Shown here: positions 13,968 through 15,103 of the stretch, piece by piece
Layout of the letters: each line of letters starts with the position of its first letter
How positions within the stretch are numbered: position 1 is the first letter of the stretch
From: an uncultured bacterium
Lineage (GTDB): Bacteria; Electryoneota; B3-LCP
DNA length: 15,103 nucleotides
Direction of reading: 5' to 3'
Assembly: GCA_964533705.1 (NCBI GenBank)
Contig: CAZHMN010000053.1
Span: 3,226-18,328, forward strand
Translations under genes and position numbers: made by a program
The notes under the pieces: generated by a model
What the model was told of the DNA's origin: nothing
Database searches by the model: none
Seen by the model: the letters and a program-made list of their open reading frames with translations, nothing else

Positions 13968-14717
13968 ATGCCAGGTATAGCAATTCTTATCGGTTTGGCC
14001 GTTCTGCTTCTTATTTCAGCGATTAAGGTGCTTAACGAGTATGAACGGGCCGTCATATTCCGACTGGGTCGTCTTATAGGCGCGAAGGGACCGGGCTTGA
14101 TCATTATCATTCCTATTATTGATCGAGTGCGGCGCATTTCGCTGCGCACCATCGTGTCCGACGTACCTCCCCAGGATGTCATCACCAAGGACAACGTATC
14201 GGTAAAGGTCAATGCCGTGCTCAATTTCCGGGTGATGGATCCCAATAAGGCGGTCGTGGAAGTAGAAAACTATCTGTATGCCACCGGACAGTTGGCCCAG
14301 ACTACTTTGCGCAGCGTCCTGGGACAGGTTGAATTGGACGATCTGTTAGCGGAGCGCGAAAAAATCAACAAGAAGCTTCAGGAAATTCTCGACGCCCATA
14401 CCGATCCCTGGGGGATTAAAGTGGCTCTGGTGGAAGTCAAGCACGTTGATTTGCCCACTGAAATGCAGCGGGCTATGGCACGTCAGGCGGAAGCGGAACG
14501 TGAACGGCGCGCCAAGGTGATCAACGCTGAAGGTGAGTTTCAGGCATCCACAAAATTGGCGGAAGCAGCCACGATCATCGGCAATCACCCCATGGCACTG
14601 CAACTACGGTATTTGCAAACGCTATCGGAAGTGGCTTCCGAGAACAATTCCACGACCATTTTCCCAGTGCCCATTGATCTCTTTTCGGTTTTCCTCAAGA
14701 AACCGGAGACGCCGTAG
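13968..14717 (+). CDS. Stomatin/SPFH (band-7, prohibitin-homology domain) membrane protein, the cognate partner of NfeD
   Basis: GGAGG at 13958-13962 sits 5 nt before ATG 13968. The track ORF starts at TTG 13956. The N-terminal TM is [22 protein letters not shown], followed by [38 protein letters not shown]...[17 protein letters not shown], which is a canonical SPFH core. A coiled-coil region follows ([26 protein letters not shown]), and then the C-terminal hydrophobic segment that NfeD proteases target in archaeal homologs. Confidence 0.92.
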   Translation: MPGIAILIGLAVLLLISAIKVLNEYERAVIFRLGRLIGAKGPGLIIIIPIIDRVRRISLRTIVSDVPPQDVITKDNVSVKVNAVLNFRVMDPNKAVVEVENYLYATGQLAQTTLRSVLGQVELDDLLAEREKINKKLQEILDAHTDPWGIKVALVEVKHVDLPTEMQRAMARQAEAERERRAKVINAEGEFQASTKLAEAATIIGNHPMALQLRYLQTLSEVASENNSTTIFPVPIDLFSVFLKKPETP

Positions 14718-14720
14718 GAG

Positions 14721-15103
14721 GTGAACGTCCCGCCGCAGAAGCCTGATGGCAAAAGCGAGAAACTCGCTAAATTCATGGCTCGATGCGGTGTGGCCTCTCG
14801 GCGCGTCTGCGAGCAATACATCCGCGCCAGGTGGGTGGAAGTTGATGGGGAGATCGTGTCCACGCCTGAAACCAGAATTGTACCCGACCAACAGAAGGTT
14901 GTGGTCAGGGGAAAACTGATAACGCCACCGGATACCTTCCGATATATCCTCCTTAACAAGCCGACTGGTATTATCTGTACCTGCAAACCGAGCCGCGAAA
15001 AGGGAAAGACGATTCTCGATCTGGTCACGGTTTCTGAGAGGGTTTTTCCTGTTGGAAGGTTGGATAAGAACACATCCGGACTGATTCTATTGACCAACGA
15101 CGG
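14721..15103 (+). CDS. Pseudouridine synthase, RsuA/RluB/RluF family. The 3' end is truncated by the window.
   Basis: GTG at 14721 is the only possible start after TAG at 14715-14717. The stomatin stop overlaps AGGAGG. The S4 RNA-binding domain is EKLAKFMARCGVASRRVCEQYIRARWVEVDGEIV. The synthase core is FRYILLNKPTGIICTCKP...VFPVGRLDKNTSGLILLTNDG, with the catalytic Asp in the GRLD context. The antisense ORF 14585..15097 is rejected. Confidence 0.8.
   Translation, partial: MNVPPQKPDGKSEKLAKFMARCGVASRRVCEQYIRARWVEVDGEIVSTPETRIVPDQQKVVVRGKLITPPDTFRYILLNKPTGIICTCKPSREKGKTILDLVTVSERVFPVGRLDKNTSGLILLTND

Noticed and set aside
14585-15097. 170-aa minus-strand ORF at the window end
   Set aside because: It is antisense to the S4-domain pseudouridine synthase, which has GRLD and VASRR motifs in the plus frame. 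It has no motifs of its own.
1-15103. CRISPR arrays, IS elements, integrases and prophage borders
   Set aside because: No direct repeats of 24-48 bp with regular spacers were found. No transposase- or integrase-like ORFs, terminal inverted repeats or tRNA genes were found. The window reads as core chromosome.

Overview
This looks like a core chromosomal segment of about 50-53% GC, and most genes carry clear GGAGG-type ribosome-binding sites. I can support 14 protein-coding genes on the basis of conserved motifs. I found no tRNA or rRNA, no CRISPR array, and no transposase, integrase or IS-like inverted repeats.

Gene order:
- A 23S rRNA methyltransferase gene, rlmN, lies on the minus strand and is cut by the window edge.
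- A divergent promoter region follows.
- A MoxR-type AAA+ ATPase gene is followed by a DUF58/VWA partner gene.
- An unusually long secreted SppA (S49) protease gene carries an extra N-terminal domain of about 260 aa.
- A secreted TPR-like plus TlpA-type thioredoxin (CGPC) gene follows.
- A secreted M16 peptidase pair follows, the first with HxxEH and the second without it.
- A small orphan ORF is followed by a canonical rho-independent terminator.
- A sigma70-like promoter precedes selA (selenocysteine synthase).
- A long-form nfeD gene precedes a stomatin/SPFH gene, as in a STOPP operon, but two small genes sit between them.
- A pseudouridine synthase gene of the RsuA/RluB family is cut at the window end and is translationally coupled to the stomatin gene.

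The two things most worth a second look:
1. The NfeD-stomatin module is split by two small genes. One encodes a very basic C4 zinc-ribbon protein with an internal Tyr/Arg-rich tandem repeat. The other encodes a coiled-coil protein with a two-helix membrane hairpin. Two U-tract-less GC-rich RNA hairpins lie between these genes.
2. A cytoplasmic MoxR/VWA chaperone-like ATPase pair appears co-operonic with four signal-peptide proteins (the SppA fusion, the thioredoxin and the M16 pair).

selA stands alone, without selB, selC or selD. I saw no in-frame-TGA selenoprotein candidate in this window.

Nothing here looks like a compact defence or toxin system. The novelty calls are architectural and remain hypotheses.
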